DNA of 53,671 nt from a virus (lineage: Duplodnaviria; Caudoviricetes): IMG/VR virus record IMGVR_UViG_3300044756_000026, positions 1-53,671 of that record; one strand, given 5' to 3'. Below are positions 20,259 to 28,915 of this stretch, in pieces. A program made the translations under genes and the position numbers. Position 1 is the stretch's first letter. The number at the start of each line of letters is the position of its first letter. Below the pieces are notes generated by a model. It made no database searches and was not told the DNA's origin. It saw only the letters and a program-made list of their open reading frames with translations.

Positions 20259-23200
20259 TGCCCAAGGCTTATGATGGGTCCAAGCAAGTAGTACTGGACA
20301 AAGATCCCACACGGCAGTTGGCGTTCGGTGGGTTAGCCAGTGATGACTTGTTCAAAGGTGTCGGCACTAGCATCCTGAAGTTGTTCCAAGTTACGGGTGA
20401 CGAGTTCTGGAAACTGTTGGGCTTTGATCCGCCGCCTGAAACTACAGACGATTATCTCAATGCGCTCGTTGACCTCATCGTCCACACTGCCATGAATATC
20501 ACTTCGTGGTTGGCGTCACAAATTCCTGGGCTCGATGCTTCGAAGATTACGTCTGGTCTGTTTCCGCAAAGTCAGATCGAAGGACTCGAGCAGGAACTTT
20601 CTGATCTTGGTGCTGCGATCATCGCTGGTGATCCTACAGCCATCATTGAAGCGATCACCGGCATCGTCGATGGCACGACTGACGACCTGGAGAATTGGTC
20701 TGACAACCTACACGCGATGCTGGGGCTCCCTCCACTAAATGACGCGATATTCGATGCGGGCGCATCGGTGGAACAATTCATCATCGACATGCTCCACCCT
20801 CAGAATTTGCTTGCGCCACTCGTTAGCGGTGTGGTACCGGGTACGAACATTCCAGCGCTTGATGCTTCCAAGATCACGAGCGGTCAGTTCCCACAGTCGA
20901 TGCTCAACATCGTTTCCATTGCAGCTGGTATTGTGACAGGAGTGTTCACGACTGGACAGATTCCTTCGCTTGATGCATCTAAGATTAGTTCCGGTATATT
21001 CGCACAGTCCATGGTGGATATCAGGAACATTGCCTCGAGCATAGTGACTGGCGTATTTCCGGCAGCACAAATCGGATCGCTCGATGCTTCGAAGGTCAAC
21101 ACTGGTATCTTCCCACAGTCACAGTTGAGCATCACCAGTATTGCAGCGAGTATAGTCAACGGCACGTTTACCGCGACGCAGATTCCATCACTCGATGCTT
21201 CTAAGATTGGCAGTGGTCAATTCGCACAGAGCATGGTCAACATCACATCCATTGCCGCAGCGATTGTCACTGGCACTTTAGCTACCGGACAAATCCCCGG
21301 ACTCGATGCTACCAAGATTACTTCGGGTACATTCCCGACTTCAATGTCGCCTGATCTTGTTGCCATCATTCAGCAGTTGTATAACGGCACAAACATTCTC
21401 GCTTCAATTGGCAAGGCTAACGTTCCAAAAACTCTTGATCAAACTTGGATGCCCAGCGCCTTGTGGCCTGCTGCTAATGTGGGCGTACTTGATGCCAGCA
21501 AGATTACGAGCGGTTCGTTCGCACAGAACATGGTGACGAACCTGACTACAGATCTGACGAACCGTGCGCTCAAGTCTATCGTCAACTCTAAAGCATTAGC
21601 TGGTGCGAACCTGTGCGTTGACCCGGGATTCGATAACCCTGACGTGTGGCTGTATGAGCCGGGCGCAGTATCGACGGAACAAAAGCTCACCGGTACAACA
21701 AGCTACAAGCAAATCGCCGACGGCACACTCAAGGCTGTTTCGTTGACAGCGAGTGGGGGTCCTGGTCAGGGCGGCGTGTATATGGTTCGTCCCGGCGCGC
21801 AGTATTATCTTGAAGCAAGTATCTTCCCGAAGTCAACGAATGTCGGTGGCGGTTCCATCGGTGTTATTTCATCTGCGTGGGATTCAACTGGCGTTAACGC
21901 TTTTACTTATATTTTCCAGCCGTATCTTGGAGCACCGCCTGCAAAGAATACTTGGACAACGTACGCGGGGTTTTTCACTGTCCCAGCAGGATATGATGGC
22001 ATCATTCCATACGTGCTCGTCAACAGCGACGTCCCAGTCGGTGATACATTCTACTGGGATCGGATCGTTGTTAAAGAAGTCACGCGCGTTGGTAACTCGC
22101 CAGACTTGCAGGCAATCTCCGATCACATTTACAATGGCTTGATCGGTGGCTCAGGATACACAGGTCTTCTCGGCAACATACCTGATCAAGCACGCGGCGG
22201 TCTCGATAAGATTTACAACGACGTGCTGAACCACACCGCACAGCTTCAGGCATTGAGCAGTGGTAGCAATGCTGAAGACAACTCCGGTGTCGGCATTAAC
22301 ATCAACTTCTCTGACTATCCAGATGGTAATCTACCGTCAGTATTCTCGGTGACATATATTGGCGCAGGTACAAGTAGGCTAGGCATTACTAATGGCGTCG
22401 GTCTATGGCGTACTGAAGTCAACAATGCCAATCTTACAGCGCGTGCCTCATACAATGTTGCAGGTACTCAGACAGACTACCAGATTATTCGTGGTACGCT
22501 CGGCGGTGTCCCTGAGCAAGGCGGTACTGGCGGCACGCCAAAGATCGGTGTCATGGGCCGATTGAACAGCACATCTGCGCCGACAACATTTGTGTGGGGT
22601 CGTGGCTACTGCACAGGCTTCCTCACATACAAAGGCGAACTGGGCACTACGGTCAACAATGTTGAGACAGTATGGGTCAGCAACATTGCGCTCACGTGGT
22701 CAATGGACATTCGATGTGTCTTCGGTGTTGGCACACAGCCGCGACGTTATCAATTCTACTCCGGTGGTAAATTGGTCTATGACTACACTGAGGCTGGAAC
22801 AGTAAGTCAGATGGGGGCTGGCTTCAGGTTCTTTGGCCTGACAGCAGACATTTGCACTGACTCCAGTGGTAATCCTAAGGGACCAGGTTCGTTGGCATCT
22901 GCAGCGATCAGCGACAACGCACCGCCCAATGTGCTTGGTTCTGGTTGTCGGTTGATTCGTCAGAACACCGCGACTGTCACTCTCGCTGCTGCCACCAACC
23001 AGACTGACTTACCTGCAAACTATTTCGATGCTATCCAAGCATGTAGCGCGGATATCACTCCTACGCTTTCTAGTGGCCGGATGCAAGTAACCAAAGACGG
23101 TTGGTATATGATTTCCATCGGCGTGGAAACTACAACATCTAATAGCGGTCGACTCGGGTTGGGCATCAAGAAGAATAATGCTATGTGGCAGTGGGGTCCG

Positions 23201-23380
23201 ATGCTGTATCAGGTCAACCCATCATATTCTGCTTCCTTCTTAGGATACCTTGTTGCCGGTGATTATATCTCAGCTGTCCATGCCAACACGGACGGATTCA
23301 CAGGGTGGGGCACTAAGGGTCAAGCCGACGCTCAAAAAACATGGTTCTCAATGGCACTAGTGAATAGGAGTTACGCATAA
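20258..23380 (+). CDS. minor tail protein / putative receptor-binding fibre
   Basis: 1040 aa; LDASKI repeats; CBM-like insert; beta-rich C-terminus. Confidence 0.8.
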   Translation: MPKAYDGSKQVVLDKDPTRQLAFGGLASDDLFKGVGTSILKLFQVTGDEFWKLLGFDPPPETTDDYLNALVDLIVHTAMNITSWLASQIPGLDASKITSGLFPQSQIEGLEQELSDLGAAIIAGDPTAIIEAITGIVDGTTDDLENWSDNLHAMLGLPPLNDAIFDAGASVEQFIIDMLHPQNLLAPLVSGVVPGTNIPALDASKITSGQFPQSMLNIVSIAAGIVTGVFTTGQIPSLDASKISSGIFAQSMVDIRNIASSIVTGVFPAAQIGSLDASKVNTGIFPQSQLSITSIAASIVNGTFTATQIPSLDASKIGSGQFAQSMVNITSIAAAIVTGTLATGQIPGLDATKITSGTFPTSMSPDLVAIIQQLYNGTNILASIGKANVPKTLDQTWMPSALWPAANVGVLDASKITSGSFAQNMVTNLTTDLTNRALKSIVNSKALAGANLCVDPGFDNPDVWLYEPGAVSTEQKLTGTTSYKQIADGTLKAVSLTASGGPGQGGVYMVRPGAQYYLEASIFPKSTNVGGGSIGVISSAWDSTGVNAFTYIFQPYLGAPPAKNTWTTYAGFFTVPAGYDGIIPYVLVNSDVPVGDTFYWDRIVVKEVTRVGNSPDLQAISDHIYNGLIGGSGYTGLLGNIPDQARGGLDKIYNDVLNHTAQLQALSSGSNAEDNSGVGININFSDYPDGNLPSVFSVTYIGAGTSRLGITNGVGLWRTEVNNANLTARASYNVAGTQTDYQIIRGTLGGVPEQGGTGGTPKIGVMGRLNSTSAPTTFVWGRGYCTGFLTYKGELGTTVNNVETVWVSNIALTWSMDIRCVFGVGTQPRRYQFYSGGKLVYDYTEAGTVSQMGAGFRFFGLTADICTDSSGNPKGPGSLASAAISDNAPPNVLGSGCRLIRQNTATVTLAAATNQTDLPANYFDAIQACSADITPTLSSGRMQVTKDGWYMISIGVETTTSNSGRLGLGIKKNNAMWQWGPMLYQVNPSYSASFLGYLVAGDYISAVHANTDGFTGWGTKGQADAQKTWFSMALVNRSYA
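20849..21345 (+). repeat. tandem 37-aa (111 nt) LDASKI.SG.F.QS repeats
   Basis: About 4.5 tandem units, plus solitary copies near 20522 and 21485. Confidence 0.85.
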
Positions 23381-23673
23381 TGGAATCAGTCAGCCAGGCA
23401 TTGCTCGATCAGATCGCCGAAGTCGCAAGCGAGAGAGAGGAACCGATTACTGCGGCACAAGTCGCAGCGGTACTTGCTGCACGCGAAGCGATCCTCGACG
23501 GTGATCCCGTCGGCACAATTCGGCAAGGGCCGGCAGGTGAGATCGCTGTTCGTGTCAACGACAACGGTCTACATCTGTGGCGTGTGAACTGCCCGGATGG
23601 TTCGCAGTACAATGACCTGCAACCATCAATGCACGCCGAATGGAAAATCATACAAGGAGGAAAGAATGAGTAA
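23380..23673 (+). CDS. hypothetical protein
   Basis: TAATG overlap; DPVGT.R...G.IAVRV motif. Confidence 0.65.
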   Translation: MESVSQALLDQIAEVASEREEPITAAQVAAVLAAREAILDGDPVGTIRQGPAGEIAVRVNDNGLHLWRVNCPDGSQYNDLQPSMHAEWKIIQGGKNE

Positions 23674-23911
23674 TCCTGATCAGCCCACACCTACTCCCCC
23701 AGAGTATGCAGAAGGTGCGGTGAAGCAAGATCCAGCGACGAAGGCTGTCGCGGTTCGCACCAACTTCCCAGATCCTTACTACGATCACCAGTGGGGTGTG
23801 ATGACAGTCGATCGAGGCGGACACTACGCGAGCTTCGACGATGTGGAAAGCTGGCCGGATCTCACCGCGCCAGTAAGTCGAGAGGAGGAGAAGGCGAATG
23901 ACCGCGGGTAA
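23666..23911 (+). CDS. hypothetical protein
   Basis: AAGGAGG RBS; G.VKQDP.T..VAVRT motif. Confidence 0.65.
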   Translation: MSNPDQPTPTPPEYAEGAVKQDPATKAVAVRTNFPDPYYDHQWGVMTVDRGGHYASFDDVESWPDLTAPVSREEEKANDRG

Positions 23912-24140
23912 CGGTACAGCAACAGCTGCACTACAAGAACAGGTTGACATCCTTGCCTGGTTGCACGCAGAGCAGCGCTTCGAGTATATGGAACTCGTTG
24001 CTCGCGTGATGAACGTCGGCAAGGTATTGGCGGGTCTCGTAGTGCAGAACGCACAACCGCAAATTCAAGAACAGCTACAGCAGCAAGTTCTCAATCAGTT
24101 GATGACCGGTGGCGTGGTCGTCAAAGATACGGGCGGTTGA
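23898..24140 (+). CDS. hypothetical protein
   Basis: GGAGGAG RBS; overlaps both neighbours. Confidence 0.55.
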   Translation: MTAGNGTATAALQEQVDILAWLHAEQRFEYMELVARVMNVGKVLAGLVVQNAQPQIQEQLQQQVLNQLMTGGVVVKDTGG

Positions 24141-24631
24141 TGTGGCGATGGGGTATTAGTGTACTGACAGGGGCGCTGTTGTTCGCGCCGTGTGCTAATG
24201 CCGAACCTGATGTTGGTCCAGGTGGTGTTGGTGGGCCGGGAGGTCTTGGTGGTCCAGGTGGTATCGGACCGGACTTTGCACCTTCATCTGCTACGTTGTT
24301 CATGTGTCCGGGTCGAGGCGGCGCTGCTGATGTTCTCGGCTTTGGGGGTGGCTACTGTGACTTCAATTTCACACCAGTTAAGTTAGATACAGAAGGTCAT
24401 TATGGAGTCATGCATACCCACTGTGAATGGGGCGGCGCACGGCCATTGCTTGAAACCTGGAATTGCTGGCGAGTATTTCCTGGCCAGCCTGATCACCCGG
24501 CGCTCCCTGATCCTGATATTATCCCTGACGGCATGGGAGTTCCTTGGGCAATTCAAGGACCGGTTCCTGATGATCAGTGGCCACCTCCTGGACTGCAGCC
24601 TGGGCCAGAGTTATTGAATCCAACCGGATAG
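24137..24631 (+). CDS. secreted Gly/Pro/Cys-rich protein
   Basis: Signal-peptide-like N-terminus ending ANA-E; four Cys in the mature part. Confidence 0.65.
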   Translation: MMWRWGISVLTGALLFAPCANAEPDVGPGGVGGPGGLGGPGGIGPDFAPSSATLFMCPGRGGAADVLGFGGGYCDFNFTPVKLDTEGHYGVMHTHCEWGGARPLLETWNCWRVFPGQPDHPALPDPDIIPDGMGVPWAIQGPVPDDQWPPPGLQPGPELLNPTG

Positions 24632-24640
24632 GAGAAAGGA

Positions 24641-26020
24641 ATGGCATATTATTCTAAAGATGGCATCGCTATCGCCATCATTCACGAGGGTCAGCGTCGT
24701 GGCATTACCCCGAAGGGTATACAGATTGCCATAAGCACTGGCCTCGTCGAGTCGGATCTGACGATGCATTGCAATCATCAAGATCCAGAAAGTCAGAAGT
24801 ATCCGTACGACGCAATCAGCTACGACTACGATTCGTCGGGTGTGTTTCAGCAGCGCCCTGCATATTGGGGCACCGCACGGGAACGCATGGACGTCGTGTA
24901 TTCTGCAGGTATGTTCTACGATTCATTGGTAGCTCAGAGAATAGGCGATCAGGATTACAACACGGACGCGACCACACCTGGTGGCTGGGCGTATATGGTG
25001 CAGCAGTGCGCCGAGGAATACGCCTACCGCTACGATGAACGCTTCCCCGAAGCCTGTCGGATTTACGACAACTTGGCTTGGATGGAGTGCCCGCATCAAC
25101 CCGGTGAATGTCGCGTCTCTGGTGACATGGGGCCAATGGTCAGTGAGACCTGGATGACAGAAACCGACGGCGGCACAAGCTTCGGTGAAATCATTCTGCC
25201 GTACGATCACAGCATCGTGCCACAGGAAACTGGGTACTGGTGTGGGCCGGCCTCAACACAGGTCGTGCTCAACGGTCAAGGTATCTTCATCAGTGAACAA
25301 CAGTTGGCTGCTGAGATGGGCACGCACTCCGGTGGTACTGATTACATCGGACAGATAGAAATCGTGCTCGACTGGTATCTACCACACATGAATCACGTGA
25401 CAGTAGACCAACCGTATGATCCGATGAGTTACGAAGACAAGGAGCGGCTATGGGCAAACCTGATCCGCGCGATGGCTGATGAGCCCCGTGGTGGTGTGGT
25501 CATGAACTGGGTCGCACCGCCTGGGAACTATCCCATCGGCATCAAAGGATCACAGTCACCGTCTTACGGTGGCGGCACCATTTATCACTACGTAGCCTGC
25601 ATGGGCATTGACGACAATCCAAACCAGCGAGCATGCTGGATTGCAGATTCCGGCTTCCACCCATTTGGCTACTGGTGTTCGTTCGATCAGGTCAGCACAT
25701 TAATTCCACCCAAGGGTTACTGCTACCCAGCAGTTGAACCCGCAGCAGGATCAGGAGATATCGACATGGCTAACGTACCACAGGAACAATGGGACAAACT
25801 GGTTGCAGATGTAAAAGACATTCGTACACAGCTGCGCGGTCCTGATGATCAAGGATGGGAAGTGCTTGGTCAAAATTCAGCAGGACAAAACCTTTCGGTT
25901 GTTGACGCCCTCGGGTCTGTCAAGCATACCGTCGAAGGGCAGCCGCCCCCTTTCCAGAAATCCCTCCCACCCAGCCAGGTTCGGGGGAAGGTACGCCGAC
26001 CGAACGACACGCGCTCCTAA
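24641..26020 (+). CDS. lysA: lysin A (transglycosylase-like N-domain, C39-like peptidase, C-terminal domain)
   Basis: VESDL...GVFQQ; QETGYWCGPAS...HY...IADSG; C-terminal QLRGP..GW..LGQN..G.NL..VDAL. Confidence 0.88.
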   Translation: MAYYSKDGIAIAIIHEGQRRGITPKGIQIAISTGLVESDLTMHCNHQDPESQKYPYDAISYDYDSSGVFQQRPAYWGTARERMDVVYSAGMFYDSLVAQRIGDQDYNTDATTPGGWAYMVQQCAEEYAYRYDERFPEACRIYDNLAWMECPHQPGECRVSGDMGPMVSETWMTETDGGTSFGEIILPYDHSIVPQETGYWCGPASTQVVLNGQGIFISEQQLAAEMGTHSGGTDYIGQIEIVLDWYLPHMNHVTVDQPYDPMSYEDKERLWANLIRAMADEPRGGVVMNWVAPPGNYPIGIKGSQSPSYGGGTIYHYVACMGIDDNPNQRACWIADSGFHPFGYWCSFDQVSTLIPPKGYCYPAVEPAAGSGDIDMANVPQEQWDKLVADVKDIRTQLRGPDDQGWEVLGQNSAGQNLSVVDALGSVKHTVEGQPPPFQKSLPPSQVRGKVRRPNDTRS

Positions 26021-26934
26021 CTTGCTCGGGAACGTGGGCGCCTCCGGGCGTTGGCTTTCCTAGTGATGTGGCCAACGGGTGCGCGGACGTCTGTGAGGAA
26101 ATACCTGTACAGGCGCCTTGGTCGTTTGGTCCACTTGGTGGTGCCGGCGACGAAGGGTTCCACTCACCTAGCTACGCGGAGTCTGTGAACATCGGTGTGG
26201 ATTGGGCAGTCGATTGGTTGCTTGCTCGACCACACCGTACATTCCTCCTAGGCGGCTACAGTCAAGGTGGTGAGTGCGCGTCACGCATTTACGAAGAAAC
26301 GCTCACGGGACGCCTACAGGGACTGCGACACAACTACGTCGGCGGGTTCACGTTCGGCAATCCCTCACGACAACTGGAGCATACGTTCCATGATGGACCG
26401 GCACGACGCGGCGTAGGTATCGCTGAGTTCAGGCTGTCTGACATGGGAGATGACTGGGCTGATGAAGTGGAACAAGGTGATATGTACGGCGCCGTTCCCA
26501 AAGGCCTATCCGGAGAGATCATGCGAGATGTCTACACTCTGTGCACTGAAATGGAAATGCATAGTGGTGCAGCAGCATTCGCGCAGACGTTCGTCTATAA
26601 CTGCATCGAGATTGTGCAGAACTTGGACGGCGATGCCCACGATGATCTGGTCGCGCTTTCTTACGACATGGGTCTGGACTTCAGTCATGCAGTCAGACTG
26701 GACACTCGTCGCATTGAACGTCGGCTTGGTGACCTGATACCTGAAGGTGCATTGTCTGTCAAAGGTATCGCGGCAGCAGTTACTGCGGCTGTCATCGCCA
26801 TCTCCTTCTTCGCTCAAGGTACACGTCCACACATCGAGTATCACATTCGCGAGGTGTTCCCCGGTCAAACCTATCTGCAGCATGCAATCCAGCATGTTCG
26901 GCACTGGGCCGGTACTCGGCAACCCACAGAGTGA
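25954..26934 (+). CDS. lysB: lysin B (cutinase-like esterase); 5' end probably reached by -1 frameshift; first start codon is GTG 26068
   Basis: GYSQG nucleophile elbow, FGNP.R, GDMY, H..Y; frame open from 25906 and encodes ALLTCSGTW upstream of any start codon. Confidence 0.85.
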   Translation, partial: PEIPPTQPGSGEGTPTERHALLTCSGTWAPPGVGFPSDVANGCADVCEEIPVQAPWSFGPLGGAGDEGFHSPSYAESVNIGVDWAVDWLLARPHRTFLLGGYSQGGECASRIYEETLTGRLQGLRHNYVGGFTFGNPSRQLEHTFHDGPARRGVGIAEFRLSDMGDDWADEVEQGDMYGAVPKGLSGEIMRDVYTLCTEMEMHSGAAAFAQTFVYNCIEIVQNLDGDAHDDLVALSYDMGLDFSHAVRLDTRRIERRLGDLIPEGALSVKGIAAAVTAAVIAISFFAQGTRPHIEYHIREVFPGQTYLQHAIQHVRHWAGTRQPTE

Positions 26935-27282
26935 GGACGTATGTATCACACCATAGGCCGAACCGTCAGCGCACAGAGGTACGCGCGCTCCCGCGGATTG
27001 TGTGGTGATATTGGCCCGTTTCGCCACGTGTGTACGAGGTGGGCCAACCATAAGGGTCGACATGGTGGTGTGTTACAGGAGCCTTCGGATGTCGGTGCAA
27101 TATCCGCGCAGTGGGGCTAACTGACTGGGTGGGGTCGTTGGTCGTTATTCGCCTTTCTCCCGGCGACCTCACCCCCAGTCACCTGCGCGTTTGTCGATGT
27201 GAGATCCTGTGTGTTATCGTATGCAAGACGCTGAAACATACAGCGCTCACACGATGTAAACAACAATGAAAGAGGTTGAGAA

Positions 27283-27822
27283 ATGGCGACAGCAACGCGT
27301 TCGCGCAAGGCACCTGCCAAGACGGCGGCACCTGCTCCGAAGCGTACGTCACGCGCAAAGACAACGACTGCTCCTCCGGCGAAGACGGCGAAGGCGGCAC
27401 CTGCTGCCAAGCGTGGTCGTCCGAAGGCAAGCGCCGACAAGAAGAACATCACCTGGTTGCAGGAGCACCTCGAGTCGAACCACGGCATCGAAGCCGACGG
27501 TACGAAGATCCGGCAGGTGCTGCGTCAACTCGTGAAGGACGGCGCGTTGCCGGAACGCGAGGGAGGCACGACGTACGAGTTCACGGGTCTGAAGGATCCG
27601 CAGGTCGTCGAGCTGATCAAGAAGCTCAAGAGCCCCGGTCGCAAGAAGGCAGCGGGCGCCGCTCCGAAGCGCGGACGCAAGAAGGCAGAACCGGTCGAAG
27701 AGGTCGACGAAGATGTCGAAGACCTTGATGACGAGGAGGAGTACGAGGACGAAGACGCCGACGAAGAGCTCGAAGACGACGAGGAATACGAAGACGAGGA
27801 CGAAGACCTCGACGACGAGTAA
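27283..27822 (+). CDS. histone/HMGA-like DNA-binding protein
   Basis: PAK repeats, KRGRPK AT-hook and KRGRKK, central helical domain, long D/E tail. Confidence 0.7.
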   Translation: MATATRSRKAPAKTAAPAPKRTSRAKTTTAPPAKTAKAAPAAKRGRPKASADKKNITWLQEHLESNHGIEADGTKIRQVLRQLVKDGALPEREGGTTYEFTGLKDPQVVELIKKLKSPGRKKAAGAAPKRGRKKAEPVEEVDEDVEDLDDEEEYEDEDADEELEDDEEYEDEDEDLDDE

Positions 27823-27841
27823 CCCCTCGCTCGCCGCCAGG

Positions 27842-27878
27842 CAAGATGCCGGCACGGTTCGCCGTGTCGGTATTCTTG
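27842..27878 (+). terminator. hairpin terminator
   Basis: CAAGATGCCGGCACGG-TTCG-CCGTGTCGGTATTCTTG after the stop codon. Confidence 0.6.
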
Positions 27879-27882
27879 AGGG

Positions 27883-27912
27883 TTGACACGCTCGAGACTA
27901 ATTTGATACGAT
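27883..27912 (+). promoter_or_regulatory. SigA-type promoter
   Basis: TTGACA-N18-TACGAT followed by the CACACACGAAAGG leader. Confidence 0.7.
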
Positions 27913-27940
27913 TGCATGACACACACACGAAAGGCAGAAT

Positions 27941-28327
27941 ATGTTCACACCCGAAGCAGCACGAATCATCGGGATTAAGCCGCGCACGTTACGCGCATAC
28001 CTTCGCAGCATACATTACAACACAGCCGGATCACGTTACGAGTTCACGATGGACGAGGTTCAATCTCTGAAACGAAACTACTGGGCCGGTGTTCGACACA
28101 CACCCGAACGCAAGGGCGAGTTCGTCGGCACGCCTGGAATGCCCGTGTCATACATTCTCGACCCTGACAAACGACCGATGCTAGAAGCTGAGCGAATCGC
28201 TCGCATCAACCGACTACACGCACGACTACACGAACTTGGCATGGACGTACCTCAAATGCTGGATGATGATCTGATCCGTTGCAATCGTGCTCTATTCATC
28301 TCAGTCGACAACGACGATGCACGATGA
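27941..28327 (+). CDS. helix-turn-helix DNA-binding protein
   Basis: FTPEAARIIGIKPRTLRAYLR...RYEFT.DEV (MerR/Xis-like HTH). Confidence 0.7.
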   Translation: MFTPEAARIIGIKPRTLRAYLRSIHYNTAGSRYEFTMDEVQSLKRNYWAGVRHTPERKGEFVGTPGMPVSYILDPDKRPMLEAERIARINRLHARLHELGMDVPQMLDDDLIRCNRALFISVDNDDAR

Positions 28328-28341
28328 TCCGGGGGCACGCC

Positions 28342-28376
28342 AAAAAGCGCGCCAGGGGCAATTCTGACGCGCTTCT
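28342..28376 (-). terminator. intrinsic terminator at the convergence of the two arms
   Basis: On the - strand: AAGCGCGTCAG...CTGGCGCGCTTTTT. Confidence 0.6.
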
Positions 28377-28379
28377 GGA

Positions 28380-28658
28380 TCAAACGTGTGTGATGTGTGC
28401 GCGAACGTCATCTGGACACGTAGCGACGATTACAACGCCGCCTGCCCTGCGTATCAGATGATGAACGAATTCCTGTCGCGCTGATGGTCGTTGACCTGGC
28501 TGCTTGACCTCGATACCAATGAAGTGGCCCTCGTGACATGCAATGATATCCGGAAGTCCAGTCATCATCATCGGCGAGCCATGAACGGTGAAACAGAATG
28601 CGCCGATCTCATCCAAGTACTTACGGATGTCGCGCGCAATCCGCGCTTCAGGTTGCAT
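28380..28658 (-). CDS. VRR-Nuc domain nuclease
   Basis: E..I...I, GLPDII, GIEVK..G.RPS..Q motifs. Confidence 0.85.
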   Translation of the reverse strand: MQPEARIARDIRKYLDEIGAFCFTVHGSPMMMTGLPDIIACHEGHFIGIEVKQPGQRPSARQEFVHHLIRRAGGVVIVATCPDDVRAHITHV

Positions 28659-28914
28659 CCTTGACCTCGGCGTACTTGCCTTCGTTGTCACGAGAGTACC
28701 CCTGATTGGATTGATACTGTACTTCGCCTGTTGGTGTGGCCACCGGCACGTATCCCAAATCCTCCGCGGTCTTCATCTCGGTCAGAGTTATATCGGCGGC
28801 CGGAATGAGCGGACCGAAGCGCCGACGATATGCGAGCAACTCCTTTGAGATTTCGGCGTTTGCCTTCTCGAGTTTCTTGATTCGATCCTTGAGATCTTCC
28901 TTGCTCATTCCCAT
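28648..28914 (-). CDS. hypothetical coiled-coil protein
   Basis: Fills the operon gap; GAGGTG RBS. Confidence 0.55.
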   Translation of the reverse strand: MGMSKEDLKDRIKKLEKANAEISKELLAYRRRFGPLIPAADITLTEMKTAEDLGYVPVATPTGEVQYQSNQGYSRDNEGKYAEVKDAT

Positions 28915-28915
28915 G

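Noticed and set aside
20849-21345. Tail repeats as a DGR template/variable pair
   Set aside because: No reverse transcriptase gene; differences are not adenine-specific; repeats are in-frame protein repeats
27941-28327. HTH gene as repressor or excisionase of a temperate cassette
   Set aside because: No integrase, parAB or attP-like site recognised
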